Shown: positions 1 through 12,173 of the stretch, piece after piece
Layout of the letters: every line of letters starts with the position of its first letter
Position numbering within the stretch: position 1 is the stretch's first letter
NCBI RefSeq assembly: GCF_963921235.1
Contig: NC_086097.1
Location: forward strand, 54,252,001 to 54,316,000
Origin: Mobula hypostoma
Lineage: Eukaryota
Direction: 5' to 3'
Length of the DNA stretch: 64,000 bases
The notes under the pieces: model-generated
Seen by the model: only the letters and a program-made list of their open reading frames with translations
Database searches by the model: none
Told to the model about the DNA's origin: nothing
Translations under genes and position numbers: made by a program

Positions 1-945
1 TGTCGAAGTTCTAGATGCCATGCTGAATCTTCGCAAACTCCTAATGAAGTAGGGGCGCTGCAGTGCTCTCTTCATAACTGGGCCCAGGACAGGTCATCTG
101 AAATGACAACACCAAGGAATTTCAAGTTGTTAACCCTCTCCACATCTGATAATCCAATAAGGACTGGCTCATGGACCTCCAATTTCCTTCTCCTGAACTC
201 TATGTAATCCTCAGGTTCAGCCGCCAGTGTTGGTCTAGGAGAAGACACTCTGCAGCCCGCCAAACTTGTGAAATTTCATTTGTGTGGATGTTGCATGATG
301 TTTTCTGCTGTTACAAATCAGTACCACAAAATAACAAACACTACACCATATGCAATTAAAGGATTTAGCTTTATAATTCTTAATTTGACTGGAGGGTTAG
401 TAAAGAAAACAAAAAGAAAGAGAGCCCATTTCAATGAAACAGTCTAACGTGCACATTGGAGATTACGATTTTCCCGTCTGTTCATTCTCCATCGATTTCC
501 TCCAGGCGTCGGCGACTCCCAACCCCATTACACGTCCACTCAGTCCTGTAGTCTATGACCTCTCTGATCTGGCATCTTCTCTCTTCATCTTCCGCTGAAC
601 AAAAGCCCGTGAATACCTCGCTCTCGGGCACGCAAGAAAGCAAAACACTCCCCTCGTTGGATGCGCACATTTCCAAGCCCCCGGTGGCTCTAGTCATAAC
701 CCAAATACTGCTGCTACAGAGAAACCATTACATTAGCAGTGAGACCTTTCCCAGGGCCTTACATCTGTAATCAGTTCCTTGGTCTTGTGACATTGAGTAG
801 GAGGTTGTTGTTATGACCATTCAGCCATATTTTCAATCTCCCTCCTATATGCTGATACGTCACCACCTTTGATTCGGCCTATGGCAGTGCTGTCATCAGC
901 AAACTTGAATGTGGTATTAGAGCTATGCTTAGCCACACAGTCATA
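1..945 (-). mobile_element. Rex1/Babar-type LINE RT fragment, interrupted by a solo LTR
   Basis: Minus-strand ORF text 'VERVNNLKFLGVVISDDLSWAQ' and a KFADD-encoding segment near 890-905; degraded. Confidence 0.8.
203..763 (-). mobile_element. Solo LTR (Gypsy/ERV-like)
   Basis: TGTAATCC...GGCCTTACA termini; near-TSD TCTA/TCTG; internal motifs match the LTRs at 28918 and 60696 in reverse orientation. Confidence 0.75.
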
Positions 946-1125
946 AGAACCCATTTGAGATATCTAAGTGCCTCCAGTTCAGGTCTCTTGGTCATCCCCA
1001 GAGTTAATCATGGCATCACTGGTGGCTGGGCCTCCCATATACCTAAACCCTGGAATTTTCTCACTGAATTTCTTTATCTCTCTATCCCCTTCAAAATGCT
1101 CTTTTCAATCTCTCTCTTTGATTAG
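945..1125 (+). mobile_element. Old L2-like LINE 3' fragment
   Basis: ORF text 'LRYLSASSSGLLVIPRV...PKPWNFL' resembles the L2 ORF2 C-terminus. Confidence 0.5.
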
Positions 1126-1445
1126 GCAGCAGAAAATAGACAGTTAGCTTGACCTCAGTGGTTGGAGTCAATTGTTAAGGATGAGGCTATAGAGTACTTG
1201 GTGACACAGGACAAGTTAGGACAAAGTCAGTGTGGTTTCCTTAAGGGAAAATCTTGCCTGAAACTTTGAAAAGATCACAAGTCGGATAGATAAAGGGATG
1301 TAGTGGATGTTGTATATTTTGACAAGGTGCCACACATGAGGCTGCTTACCAAGTTAAGAGCCCAAAGTATTACAGGAAAGTTACTGGCATCGTTAGAGCA
1401 CTGGCTGATTGGTAGGAGGCAGCGAGTGGGAATAAAAGGATCCTT

Positions 1446-2414
1446 GCAGCACACACAAAAAATGCTGGTGAACGCAGCAGATCAGGCAGCATCTATAGGA
1501 AAAGGTGCAGTCGACATTTCGGGCCGGGACTCTTCATCAGCACTAACTGAAAGAAGAGCTAGTAAGAGATTTGAAAGTGGGGGAGATCCGAAATGATAGG
1601 AGAGACAGGAGGGGAGGGGTGGATCTAAGAGCTGGAGAAGGGAGAGGATCATGGGATGGGAAGCCTGGGGAGAAAGAGAAGGGGGGAGGGGAGCCTGGAG
1701 GGTGGAGAGCAGGCAAGGAGTTATAGTGAGAGGGACAGAAGGAAAAAAAGAGAGAGAGAACAAAAGGGAGGGAATAAAAAATATATAAAAATATATTAAA
1801 TAAATAGATAAGGGATGGGGTGTGAAGGGGAGAAAGGGCATTAATGGAAGTTAGAGAAGTCAATGTTCATGCCATCAGGTTGAAGGCTACCCAGATGGAA
1901 TATAAGGCGTTGTTCCTCCACCCTGAGAGTGACTTCATCTTGACAGTAGAGGAGGCCGTGGATAGACATATCAGAATGGGAATGGGATGTGGAATTGAAA
2001 TGTGTGGCCACTGGGAGATCCTGCTTTCTCTGGCGGACAGAGCGTAGGTGTTCAGTGAAACGGTCTCCCAGTCTGCGTCGGGTCTCGCCAATATATAGAA
2101 GGCTGCACCAGGAGCACCGGACACAGTATATCACCCCAGCTGACTCACAGGTGAAGTGTCGCCTCACCTGGAAGGACTGTCTGGGGCCCTGAATGGTGGT
2201 GAAGGAGGAAGTGTAAGGGCATGTGTAGCACTTGTTCTGCTTACAATGATAAGTGCCGGGAGGGAGATCGGTGGAATGGGATGGGGGGGGACAAGGACAT
2301 TGACAAGGGAGTCACGTAGGGAACGATCCCTGTGAAAAGGTGAAAGAGGGGGCAGGGAAAGATGTGCTTGGTGGTGGGATCCCATTGGAGGTGCCGGAAG
2401 TTACGGAGAATTAT
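1446..2414 (-). mobile_element. Penelope-like element 3' part: GIY-YIG endonuclease plus pseudo-LTR
   Basis: ORF 1841-2167(-) 'FTCESAGVIYCVRC...LLYIGETRRRLGDRFTEH...PVATHFN...LQPDGMN'; flanked by AAGGATCCTT at 1436-1445 and 2415-2424. Confidence 0.9.
1508..1545 (-). ncRNA. Minimal type I hammerhead ribozyme motif (degenerate)
   Basis: Minus strand AGTG-CTGATGA-AGAGTCCCGGCCC-GAAA-TG-TC-GACTG: CUGAUGA and GAAA cores, UH site, inside the PLE end. Confidence 0.65.
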
Positions 2415-4359
2415 AAGGATCCTTATTTGGTTGGCTGCTATTGACTAGTGAGGGTTTGCAGGGGTTGGTGTTGGGACAGCTTCTTTTCATGCTGTATATA
2501 AATGATTTAGATGATGGAATAGATGGCTTTGTTGCCAAGTTTGCAGGTGATACGAAGATTGTTGGAGGGGTAGGTAGAGTTGAGGAAACAGGAAGGCTGC
2601 AGAAGGAATTAGACAGATTAGGAGAATGGACACGAAAGTGACAAATGTAAGACAATGTTGGAAAATGCATGGTCATGTTCTTCGGTAGAAGAAATAAATG
2701 TGCAGACTATTTTCTAAACAGGGAGAAAATCCAGAAATCTGAGATGCAAAGGGACTTGGGAGTCCTTGTACAGAATACAGTACCCTAAAAATTAACTTGC
2801 AGGTTGAGTCAGTGGTGAGGAAGGCAAATGCAATGTTAGCATCATTTCAAGAGGTCTAGAGTACAAGAGCAGGGATGTGATACTGAGGCTTTATAAGGCA
2901 CTTGTGAGGCCTCACCTTGAGTATTGTGAACAGTTTTGGGGTCTTGATTTAAGAATAAATGTGCTGACATAGGAGAGGGTTCAGAGGAGGTTCACAAGGA
3001 TGATTCCAGGAATGAAAGTGTTATTATATGAGGAATGTTTGATGGCTCTGGATCTACATTCGCTGGAATTTAGAAAGATGAGGGGGGATCTCATCGAAAA
3101 TTTTTGAATGTTGGAAGGCCTAGATGAAGTAGATGTGGAAAGGATGTTTCCTATGGTGGGCGAGTCTAGGATAAGAGGGCACAGCCTCAGGATAGAGGAG
3201 CACCCATTTAAAACAGAGACACAGATAAATTTCTTTAGCCAGAGGGTGGTGAATTTGTGGAATTTGTTTCCATAGGCAGCTATGAAGGCCAGGTCGTTGG
3301 GTGTATTGAAGGCGGAGATTGATAGATTCTTGATTGGCCATGGCATCAAAGGTTACAGGGAGAAGACCAGGGAATGGGGATGAGGAAAAGATAAGAGGAT
3401 CAGCCATGATTGAATGGAGGAGCAGACTTGATGGGCCAAATGGCCTGACGCTGATCCTATGTCTTTGGTCTTACAGTTTTAATCACTTGCTCCAAAATAT
3501 GGGATCAGTTTCAAACTTGCCTGATTACGAGTCAATGTAGCACCTCGCATCACATTGCTATTAATAAAATTATATTACTACATGTTACTGTAGTTTTTCA
3601 GCTGAGATATATTGAGATCTTACAGAGCTTGCCTTGGACATCAACCATTCATGAAAGAGTAAAAGGCACCCTATATGCTTTTGAGAATTCCTGAGAGGTG
3701 TCCACATTAACCAACTGAATTATTAGTCAAGTGGAGTTTACATTAATGACAACCTGAGTAATGATTCAATGGGTTAATACACATCCGTTATAATAGAAAG
3801 GTGTAACAGTCAACGAAAAGTTGATTTGTCTGTGCTGGTGAGAGAGTAGATCTGCAGTTGGGATAGGAGGTGAGAAGAGAAAGTAATCCTGGGGTTATGG
3901 TTGATAGCTAGCCAGTGACCCCTGGTGGAAAATGTGGATGTGAAATGGTGACAAAATCAACCTCATCTTGGATGCTCTCCACCATCACTGGCATTCATTT
4001 TCTGAACAAGTGCCTTAAGAATGTGTACATTGCTTAATTTTCAGAGGCCCGCTGTAACAGTGGAACTGTATTTCAGCACCAATTAGTATCTTTAGGAAAA
4101 AGGAGAAAACGTGCAGTACATTAATGAGTCATTCACCCTCATCCCTGTGTTTGGGTGATTTCTGACTGAATTTAGTAAGGAGAAATACAGGTGCTCACAC
4201 CCTGAGATTACTCTGTCCTTAAGGCCTTCCCTCATTGTGGTGAATCACTGAAAAATACACAGTTCGTCTTGATTTCTCCTTTCCTGCACCTGCAAAGTGC
4301 TTTTTGCATTTACACTGCAGTCGACTTCCTAAGCTCAACTGCAACATGTTTTTACCAAA

Positions 4360-4690
4360 GTCAAAATTGAGCTTATTGTCTTATCTACAACACATGCAAT
4401 AAAAGATACAGCAGTGTCTCAGGCATATAGCATCAGATACACAACATCCAAACTACATAAATTAAAAGTTAAATTGTACAAAAGTTTTATAAGAAAGAAC
4501 TAATTAGAACACAAAAAGCCAATCCTGTTGTCGTGCAAAGCTGCAACAGTGCTGCTGTTCTGTTGTGGTGATTAGGGCTGTGCAAGTTTGTTCAAGAACC
4601 AAATGGTTGAAGGGAAGCAGCTGTTCTTGAACCTGGTAGTGTGGAACTCCAGGTTCCTGCAAGGAGATGGCACGGCTCAGATGGTAGGAA
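4360..4690 (-). mobile_element. Rex1/Babar LINE 3' end
   Basis: Minus strand CACTACCAGGTTCAAGAACAGCTGCTTCCCTTCAACC and ACAATAA-type tail shared with other Rex copies here. Confidence 0.7.
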
Positions 4691-5599
4691 ATAGTAAATG
4701 TCACCTGATGCCTGGCCAGTCTTTTCCAAAAGTTCTAGATTAGAGTTTCAGGCTTAAGAACTCTAGGTCATTGTAATTTAATATGGCCTAGGGTATATCT
4801 TAATCAGGCTTAGAGTAAAGAAATTGGCCTCTTGCAGCTGCGCAGGGATTCAACAAGATTATGGCTGCTCCTTTACCTTCAGTGAAATTTCGACTCAATG
4901 AATATACCCAAAACCATTTTCTCTAAGTAACACCCATATTTTCCCCCAGAAACATTTTTCACTGTGCCACGTATTCTCCTGACAGGCACCAGACCTAAGA
5001 CTAGAGTAATCCAAAACCTTTCAGACTCCACCACAACCAACTCGTCCATCAACCAGATTTTCTGATCAGCAACACCTCAGAGCATACATGCCTTTTGCAG
5101 GCAATTTGGCAGAGATCCGCTTATTAAGGTCCTTTCCAAAAGCCAGCTCATCTCTGATCTGCACAGCTGTCCATTATGGGATGGAAGTGAAGGGTAAGCT
5201 GGCAGTCGGGAAGTACCTGATCTCCCACTCCAATACTTCACAAAGAGTCCTTAGCATTACAGTCTGTGCCTGGCAAATGAGGCATTCATGGGGGGGGTCA
5301 CTGACCTGGAATCAAAAGTTAAGCTCAGGCATGTGATTTATGTTGCTTAATCTTACTATTTTAATTCGTTTTTGTTATGTGTTCTTTAAGCAACTATGTA
5401 ATGTTTAATTTCTTAAAGTTCTTTTGAAGTTTTTTAGTGCGTCTTATTATTTTCCAGAGGTTCAGTAGAGGAATGCTGGCATGGTTCTCATACCAACCCA
5501 CAAGCCCACTTAAAGGAAGTGAGTACGGCTGCAAGAACTGCATCTGTACTGAATTTTGATGAACGGGCCAGATTGAGCACGATCCAGCAACAACCCAGC

Positions 5600-6145
5600 T
5601 TTGAAATCCTTTGCTTTCAAATTGCTTCATGGCCTCCCCACAACTTAACCTCCTTCAACCTCACATCGCTCCAAGATCCTGGCCACTTGTACTTCCTGAG
5701 TTTATTTTTTACACCACTGGTGGTCATTACTGTGGATGTCTGGCACTAAGTAATGGAATTCCCTCTCAAATACTCTTTTTTTTTTCTCTCTATGACCCTT
5801 CCTCCTTTAAAGTGCTTCTTAAAACCTACCTCCCTGTCGAAGTTAATAGTTCTTTATGTGGATCAGTGTCAGGTTTTATTTGGTAATTGCAGACCTAATG
5901 ACTGTGAAGGTCAGCATAGAGTCAAAGAGCCCTTTGTCACACTACTCACTCTGACTATCAGGTGCCCATTGACACTAACCTCATTTTATTCTCCCGCACT
6001 CTCATCAACTCCACCTGATTCTGCTCTTCACTAGCACACCAGGGGTAATTTATGCTGGCCAGTCGACACTTCTTTGGGATGTTGGGGGAATCCGAAGAAT
6101 CCAGAGGAGACTCACATGGTCACAAGAGCAATCTCCACACGATCA
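5600..6145. mobile_element. Old L2-like 3' end followed by a decayed V-type SINE (-)
   Basis: TTAAAACCTACCTC-type tail; TGGGATGTTGGGGGAATCCGAAGAATCCAGAGGAGAC resembles the SINE central domain. Confidence 0.45.
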
Positions 6146-6284
6146 GCTCAAGTGAACAGGGAGCAACAAATGATCCGCTCTGACATCTCTTTCTCCCGAA
6201 TAAATGCTGCTTGACCCACTGAATTCCTCCAGCAGATTGTCTGTTGCCCTACATTCCAGCGTCTGCGGTCTCTTATTTCACAAC

Positions 6285-6935
6285 TGGGCATGATTTCTAC
6301 AGACGTACCATGGGGATCATTCTGCATCACCGTCTGGTATGGGGGGGGGGCTGGCTTTGCTTCTGCACGCGATCGAAATAAGCCACAGAGAGTTGTAAAC
6401 TTAGTCAGCTCCATCATGGGCACTAGCCTCCATAGTATGTCCAGGTCATCCAGGATGGCTCTAAAAGGTGGCATCCATCATTAAGGATGCCCATCACCTG
6501 GGTCATGCCTTGTTCTCATTGCTACCATCAGGAAGGAGGTGCAGAAGCCTGAAGACACACACTCAATGATTCAGGAACGGCTTCTTCCCCTGTGCCATCC
6601 AATTTCTGAATGGACACTGAATCAATGAACGTTACCTTACTACCTTTTAATTTATATTTTGGACTTATTTAATTTAACTATTTAATATATATAAATATAT
6701 TTTCTGTAATTCACAGCTTTTTTCTGTAGTATTATGTATTGCATTGCACTGCTGCTGCAAAAACATTGTATCATTTCTTAATGCATGCATTACTAAGTGA
6801 CAATAAAAGAGGACTGCGTGTGCTCATAACCTAATCTAATCTAATCTAATCTAGTATCATGTATTGAATTGTACTGCTGCTGCAAAGACAACAAATTTCA
6901 CAACGAATGCTGGTGATATTAAACTAGCTTCTGAT
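6285..6935 (+). mobile_element. Rex1/Babar 3' fragment with a nested tail ending in (CTAAT)n
   Basis: 'CITVWYG...PQRVVNLVSSIMGTSL'; CTAAT repeats at about 6830-6853. Confidence 0.8.
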
Positions 6936-7329
6936 TTTGTATCATTGGAGCGGTGAGACAGCAGCTCTACCAGCTGTGCCATTGTATCCACATCAAAGTA
7001 GTCCTCTATGTTTCAACGACTTTCCCTGGAAGTCTATTTTCTTTCTCCTTAGGAACCTGGGTAAAATAGAGGCTGTAGCACCTGTCATCGAAAGTCCTAA
7101 TTGATCCTGTACTATAGGCTCAGTCTCGTGGTTGGGATGAGTTCTACCAAGCTCTTTAGCAACGTCAGCTGAAGGAATTGTGTAGAGTGGCAAAAAGCTA
7201 CTAACAACTTTTGGCCTCTTATCTTCTACTTCCAGTAAGCTGGCGGCAAGTTTGGAAACAGCAGCCCCTTGGGAACCAATAAAAGCTGATTTTTTTTCTT
7301 ATGTTAAATATGTTTTTTATGATTGCAAG

Positions 7330-8060
7330 ACTATACTGGACTCCAAGAACTTTGGATACAGCAGGTGTACCGCATCACTGAGCCGCTCTTTGATCGGAAT
7401 AGCTGGCCGGGGTGTTGAAGGAGCCAGCCGATGTGTCCGAGCAGGAGGGGCCAGCTGGCAGGTCGGAGGAGGAGGAGCCAACCGGCAGGTTTGAAGGAGC
7501 TGGACTGGGTTTGGGGGAGCTGACCCGGGTGCAGACTGTGTTGCTGCCTGCTACTCGAAGGCACTGGAGTTGATGCATGAAGCAGCGTGCAGTGTAACCG
7601 TGAGTGATTGTTTGGACGTTCCTCTTGCAAACTCAAGACCCCATTGGGCATTGGTAATGTAAGATGCCACAGCCCTGTTTCCCTTGCTTGGTGGTGAAAC
7701 AGGCGGTGTGGGAGCCACATTGCTTCGGTTACAGGCATGCCTGCTGTTGCAGTTCAGGTGAGAAGTTGCCGGAGACGGTGTAGCGTGGTGTCGATGCTCT
7801 GTTTTGGGAGTTGACCTCTCCTGTTGGTGCTGCCCTCCAGTGTTTGATTGGTGGACACTTTCCACAGATCGCATCAATTTACAGGACATGTCGCTCAGGG
7901 TCTTCGACTATATCTGCGTTTTTTTTTGTATGACTATGCTTTTTTTTGTTCACTATATTGAATGTGCTGTGTATGTTTTGCACCTTGGCCCCAGACAAAC
8001 GCTGGTTCATTCGGCTGTATCCATGTATGGTTGAATGATAATTAAAGTTGATTTGAATTT
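7330..8060 (+). mobile_element. Non-coding GC-rich element with Rex-like 3' tail
   Basis: Ends ...GTATGGTTGAATGATAATTAAAGTTGATTTGAA; no credible protein in the body. Confidence 0.45.
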
Positions 8061-8179
8061 TTTTAATTTTGAAAATTAAAATTTATTCATATAGTTATAT
8101 ATAGAAAAAACAATGCCTGGCTTTCTTTACTTTCGTAGTGATATTCAGTCTATATATTCACAGTCTTATCAGTTCTATG

Positions 8180-8670
8180 AAGAATCAAAATTAGATTTAT
8201 TATTACTGCCATATAAAATTTGTTTTGTTGTAGAAGTACAGTGTAAGACATAAAAAATTACTATTTTACATAGATAGTTAGATAGACATAGCAAAAGAGG
8301 AATAGTATAGTAGTGTTCATGGGTTCAAGGACCGTACAGAAATCTCTTGATAGAGGGGAAGAAGCTGTTCCTATAATGTTCACTTGTGGGTCTTTAGGCC
8401 CCCATATCTCCTCATTGATGGTAGTAATGAGCAGAAGGCATATCCAGTTTGGTCAGGACCCTTAGCATTGGATGCCACCTTTTGATGAACTGCCTTTTGA
8501 AGATGTCCTTGGTGGTAAGTTGGCTTTTGCCCATGATGGAACTGGTAGAGTCAATAACCCTTTGCAGCTTTTTCTTAACCTGTGCAGCGGAGCCTGCGTA
8601 CCAGCTGGTGATGCAACCAGTCAGAATGCTCCCTGCAGTCCAGCTGTGGTTCTCTGCACTTGTAGTATGA
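8180..8670 (-). mobile_element. Rex1/Babar 3' fragment
   Basis: 'SILTGCITSWYAGSAAQVKKKLQRVIDSTSSIMG'. Confidence 0.8.
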
Positions 8671-11049
8671 GTACACTCTGTCATACAGAGCACCATTTCT
8701 ACCCAAGTGTCAGGATTTGAGCAATACCAAAGGTTCAGTGTTTGAGAGACTTTTAAGTATGGTTTAACACTTGAGTGTCTTGTGGCAGAAGGATCTTAGG
8801 CTGCAATCCTCCCCAGGCTTGATACAAAGTTTGTGTTAAGTCATCGGAGCCTCCAGATCTCAGAGAAACCAAGACTTCAGTTCCTCAGAAGTTAGGGAGA
8901 GGAAGAATTATCCAACACTGTCACTCTTGAATACTCTCAAACTGTCCAGTGTGGGTGTGCGCATGCACACCTGAGTGAGTGTATGTGCACATCATACGAG
9001 GATGTGACTGAGCACAGTACGAAGATCATAATGACTTAATGGTCTACCAACAGCTGTACATGAAGAACAGCCTCTAAGGTGATGTTTTCAAGTAGAATTG
9101 GTGCCATGAAACTATACCACCAAGCATCCATTCCTTCAACAAAGTATGCAGGATGATTATGTAAGAAGGATTATGTCTACTCAAATGCAGTTTATGACCT
9201 CCTAACAGTCATGCTTTCTGATAATCACTCCCATTTATCCATTATGTTCTATAGCACCACAGGAATCTACTCTTTTCTTTTCATTAATTGCTGGGTAGAG
9301 ATAACAGAAAACTTATTTCATTGGTGCCTATTTCACCGCACCACGAAAGTATTTTTTCAGAGTTAAGCAATGATAAAGGTGCAAAGTGATAGGTTTAATT
9401 GTTTCAATAATGTAACTAATCTTGAGCCAAAGAAACAGGATTTCAGATACAATATCACACTATTGCACAGATTGTATACACATGGTTTAATCTTTGTAAT
9501 TAATTACACTTCTCAACACAAAAGTGAATTGCAAGGTTTTGGGACTCACACCTACAAATTGATTACTAATTTATTTTTGATTTTCTCTTCAGATGTCAGA
9601 TTTAAGGCCAGTGGTCTCCATCTAGTGGTGGGTTATTTCTATGTGTGATACAACTTCAACATCATACATACATCTGCAAGTCTTTAAAGGCCCAATGATA
9701 TACTATTCGGATAAATCAAACCTGTAATAAAAATAATGATCTTAACTATTCTTTCTTTGGCAATAAGCATAAAATTTGGATTAATAAAAAGGAATATGGA
9801 ACTGTAATATACCAATGAATAAATAGAAGAAAGTCTGTATTTTATGTCGGATTATTTTAGAAAGATGGAGTAGAAACGATATTAAACATCTGAGCCATTT
9901 GTATTTCTGAGGAAATTTCTCTAGTAACAGTGACAAGTACGTATGTCTGATAAAATTTTTCAATTTATGCCTCTGAGTCACAAAGTTTTGTGTTCCAAGT
10001 CCTGCTCCAGAGATCTTAAAACTACTGAGGATGTTCTGTACAACAGCACAATGTGAACAGCTACACATTGACTTCTGTGTTTAATCGTGCACCTAATGGA
10101 CAATAATTGCTTCTCTTTATACAGATGCTGCCAGAGCTGCAGAATTACCTTTGTCATTATCTATTCTCATTATTTGATTTGAGGGAAGGCTGAATGAAGT
10201 ATGAAGATTGACCTATGATGAACATCATTTTATGAGTTGTTCTGTCTGAGTTCTGCTGGGGAATCCAAACACCAAGGGCTGAAAAAAAACTCACAATTCG
10301 CAAGCAATATTTCATCACCAACATACAGAAGGGATTCACACAAAGGGATTATACATTAATGTTTAAGAGTATTTTACACATGTATATGGCTTACATTATT
10401 ATTGTGTTATAATCTAAATTTCAGGCTGTTTCAGGTCAACCTATGATCAAATTCCTCCTGACTTCCTCCCCACCCTATCACAGCTGTTTCCTCTTCTTCT
10501 CCCCTCGCCTCCACCCTTTCACTCCACCTTAGAGCAACTGTTCCTCTAAGTTTATCCAATTCCATTGGAAGATCATCAACCTGAAACTTAAACCCTGTTT
10601 TTCTCTTTCCACAGATGCTGCCTAATCAATTGCAGATTTTCTGTATTTTTTGTTTTTTTTCTGGAATTTAAGTACTGCTGTATTTTTATTAGGTACAAAT
10701 AAAAAGTTTTAATATGTACACTTGGTTTGATTGCATCCAATCAATGATTAACCTTTTTTTTAAAAAGAGTGAACATTATGGAAATGCCATAGGAGCTGGG
10801 AAAATCATAACCATAACTGAGCTATCATTCTTGGGAGAACTGTTTCAGTGTAAATACGCTGTGATTTTTGGTTCATATGAGAGTCAGCCTGATTATGAAA
10901 ATCATTTTGTTAAAGGCTTTCAAGTATTGGAGAATAGAAATATAACTTTTCCTATTTCAGCAAGAAACATGAGCACCTTCTTGGAATAGTTTTTTAAAAA
11001 GTACACATGTGGGTATTCAGGTGTTCAGTAGAGTTAGGCATAAGCTCCT

Positions 11050-11560
11050 TATCCTGCATGGATTTGCAAATGGTCTGACAAACTTACTCAAGAAGATCAC
11101 TGACATGGCAGATAAAGAAGTATCTATGGATATTATCTTTATTTCTTAGGGCCCACTTGATAAAATTCTGCATACGTGACATGTCATAATTTCACTGGAT
11201 CAGTGGAAAACAGACAGTAAAAATAATGGTAACAGTCTCAAATTGGTCCAATGTACATGTGCTTATTCCCGAGAAACTATTCCAGGTCCTCCGCTTTTCA
11301 CTATATAATTGAATGATGTAGGATGAATGAATGAATGGAAAGCTGTATATCCAAGTTTGCAACTGACACAAAGTAGCCTGGTAAGGTGCAAGTCAGAAGA
11401 TTATGGAAACCTTTCCATTTATAAATTATGCAAAGTCGCTCATTTCCTGTCAACATAAAAGGCATAAAAACTTTTGTCTGAGGAAGAATGATGTTACACA
11501 TTATGGATCTGACAAATAAGATTCTGAATAATTTATTAATTGGTGAAAATGTAACCATTT
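11050..11560 (+). mobile_element. Very old CR1 RT remnant
   Basis: Degenerate RT sequence, e.g. ATATCCAAGTTTGCAACTGACACAAA (ISKFAxDT). Confidence 0.55.
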
Positions 11561-12094
11561 AGGACTTTTAGGGGGAGATGCACAAAATAATTTACTTCAT
11601 CAAAGAAGCTACATGGGAGTGCAGGCGCTGTTTAATCACAATCATTTGCCTACATAGCTCTCAGTAACTATATGGAAACAGCAACTATATTCAACTTTTA
11701 TACACAGGAAGGCAAAAGCAATCTTCCTCCTTAAGTGAAAGATATCAGTCATCTCCATGATGCAACAGAGAACACTAAATTCCTGGAGACTTCTGATATT
11801 AGGCATGGGAAAAAAGTTTAAAAGCAACTGTATCTTAGCCATTGTTGTACATACTCTGATAGGGATTCCTCTAGTGCTTGCAACAGGTGACAGAGCTCTC
11901 TGATGATTTACTGAGGTTGTTTGTCCTCTGTTAGGGAAGAATATGGAAAGCATTGCCCGAAAACTTGCCAGCTTAGGGCATCCTACACTGTGCTATCCTG
12001 CTCCTTTTCTCAACCATCCCTGCTGGCTCCTGTCTCCTCCACAGTTTCACCTGCTCCTGCAATCCCAAAGGCAGATACAGTAGTCCATCCAGAG

Positions 12095-12173
12095 CAGGGG
12101 TTCCCAACGGGGGTGCACGGAATCCTCGGTTAATGGTAAGGCTCCATAGCATAAAAACATTTGGGAACACCTG
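12095..12173. mobile_element. hAT/Charlie-type MITE
   Basis: TIRs CAGGGGTTCCCAA / TTGGGAACACCTG; 8-bp TSD-like ATCCAGAG / ATCTAGAA fits the NTCTAGAN target. Confidence 0.75.

Larger units (their letters stand above)
1130..3472 (+). mobile_element. CR1 LINE 3' half (RT), split by a Penelope-like insertion
   Basis: Motifs DVVYFDKVPH, YINDLDDGIDGFVAKFAGDTK; CR1-type 3' end near 3430-3472; many stops. Confidence 0.9.
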
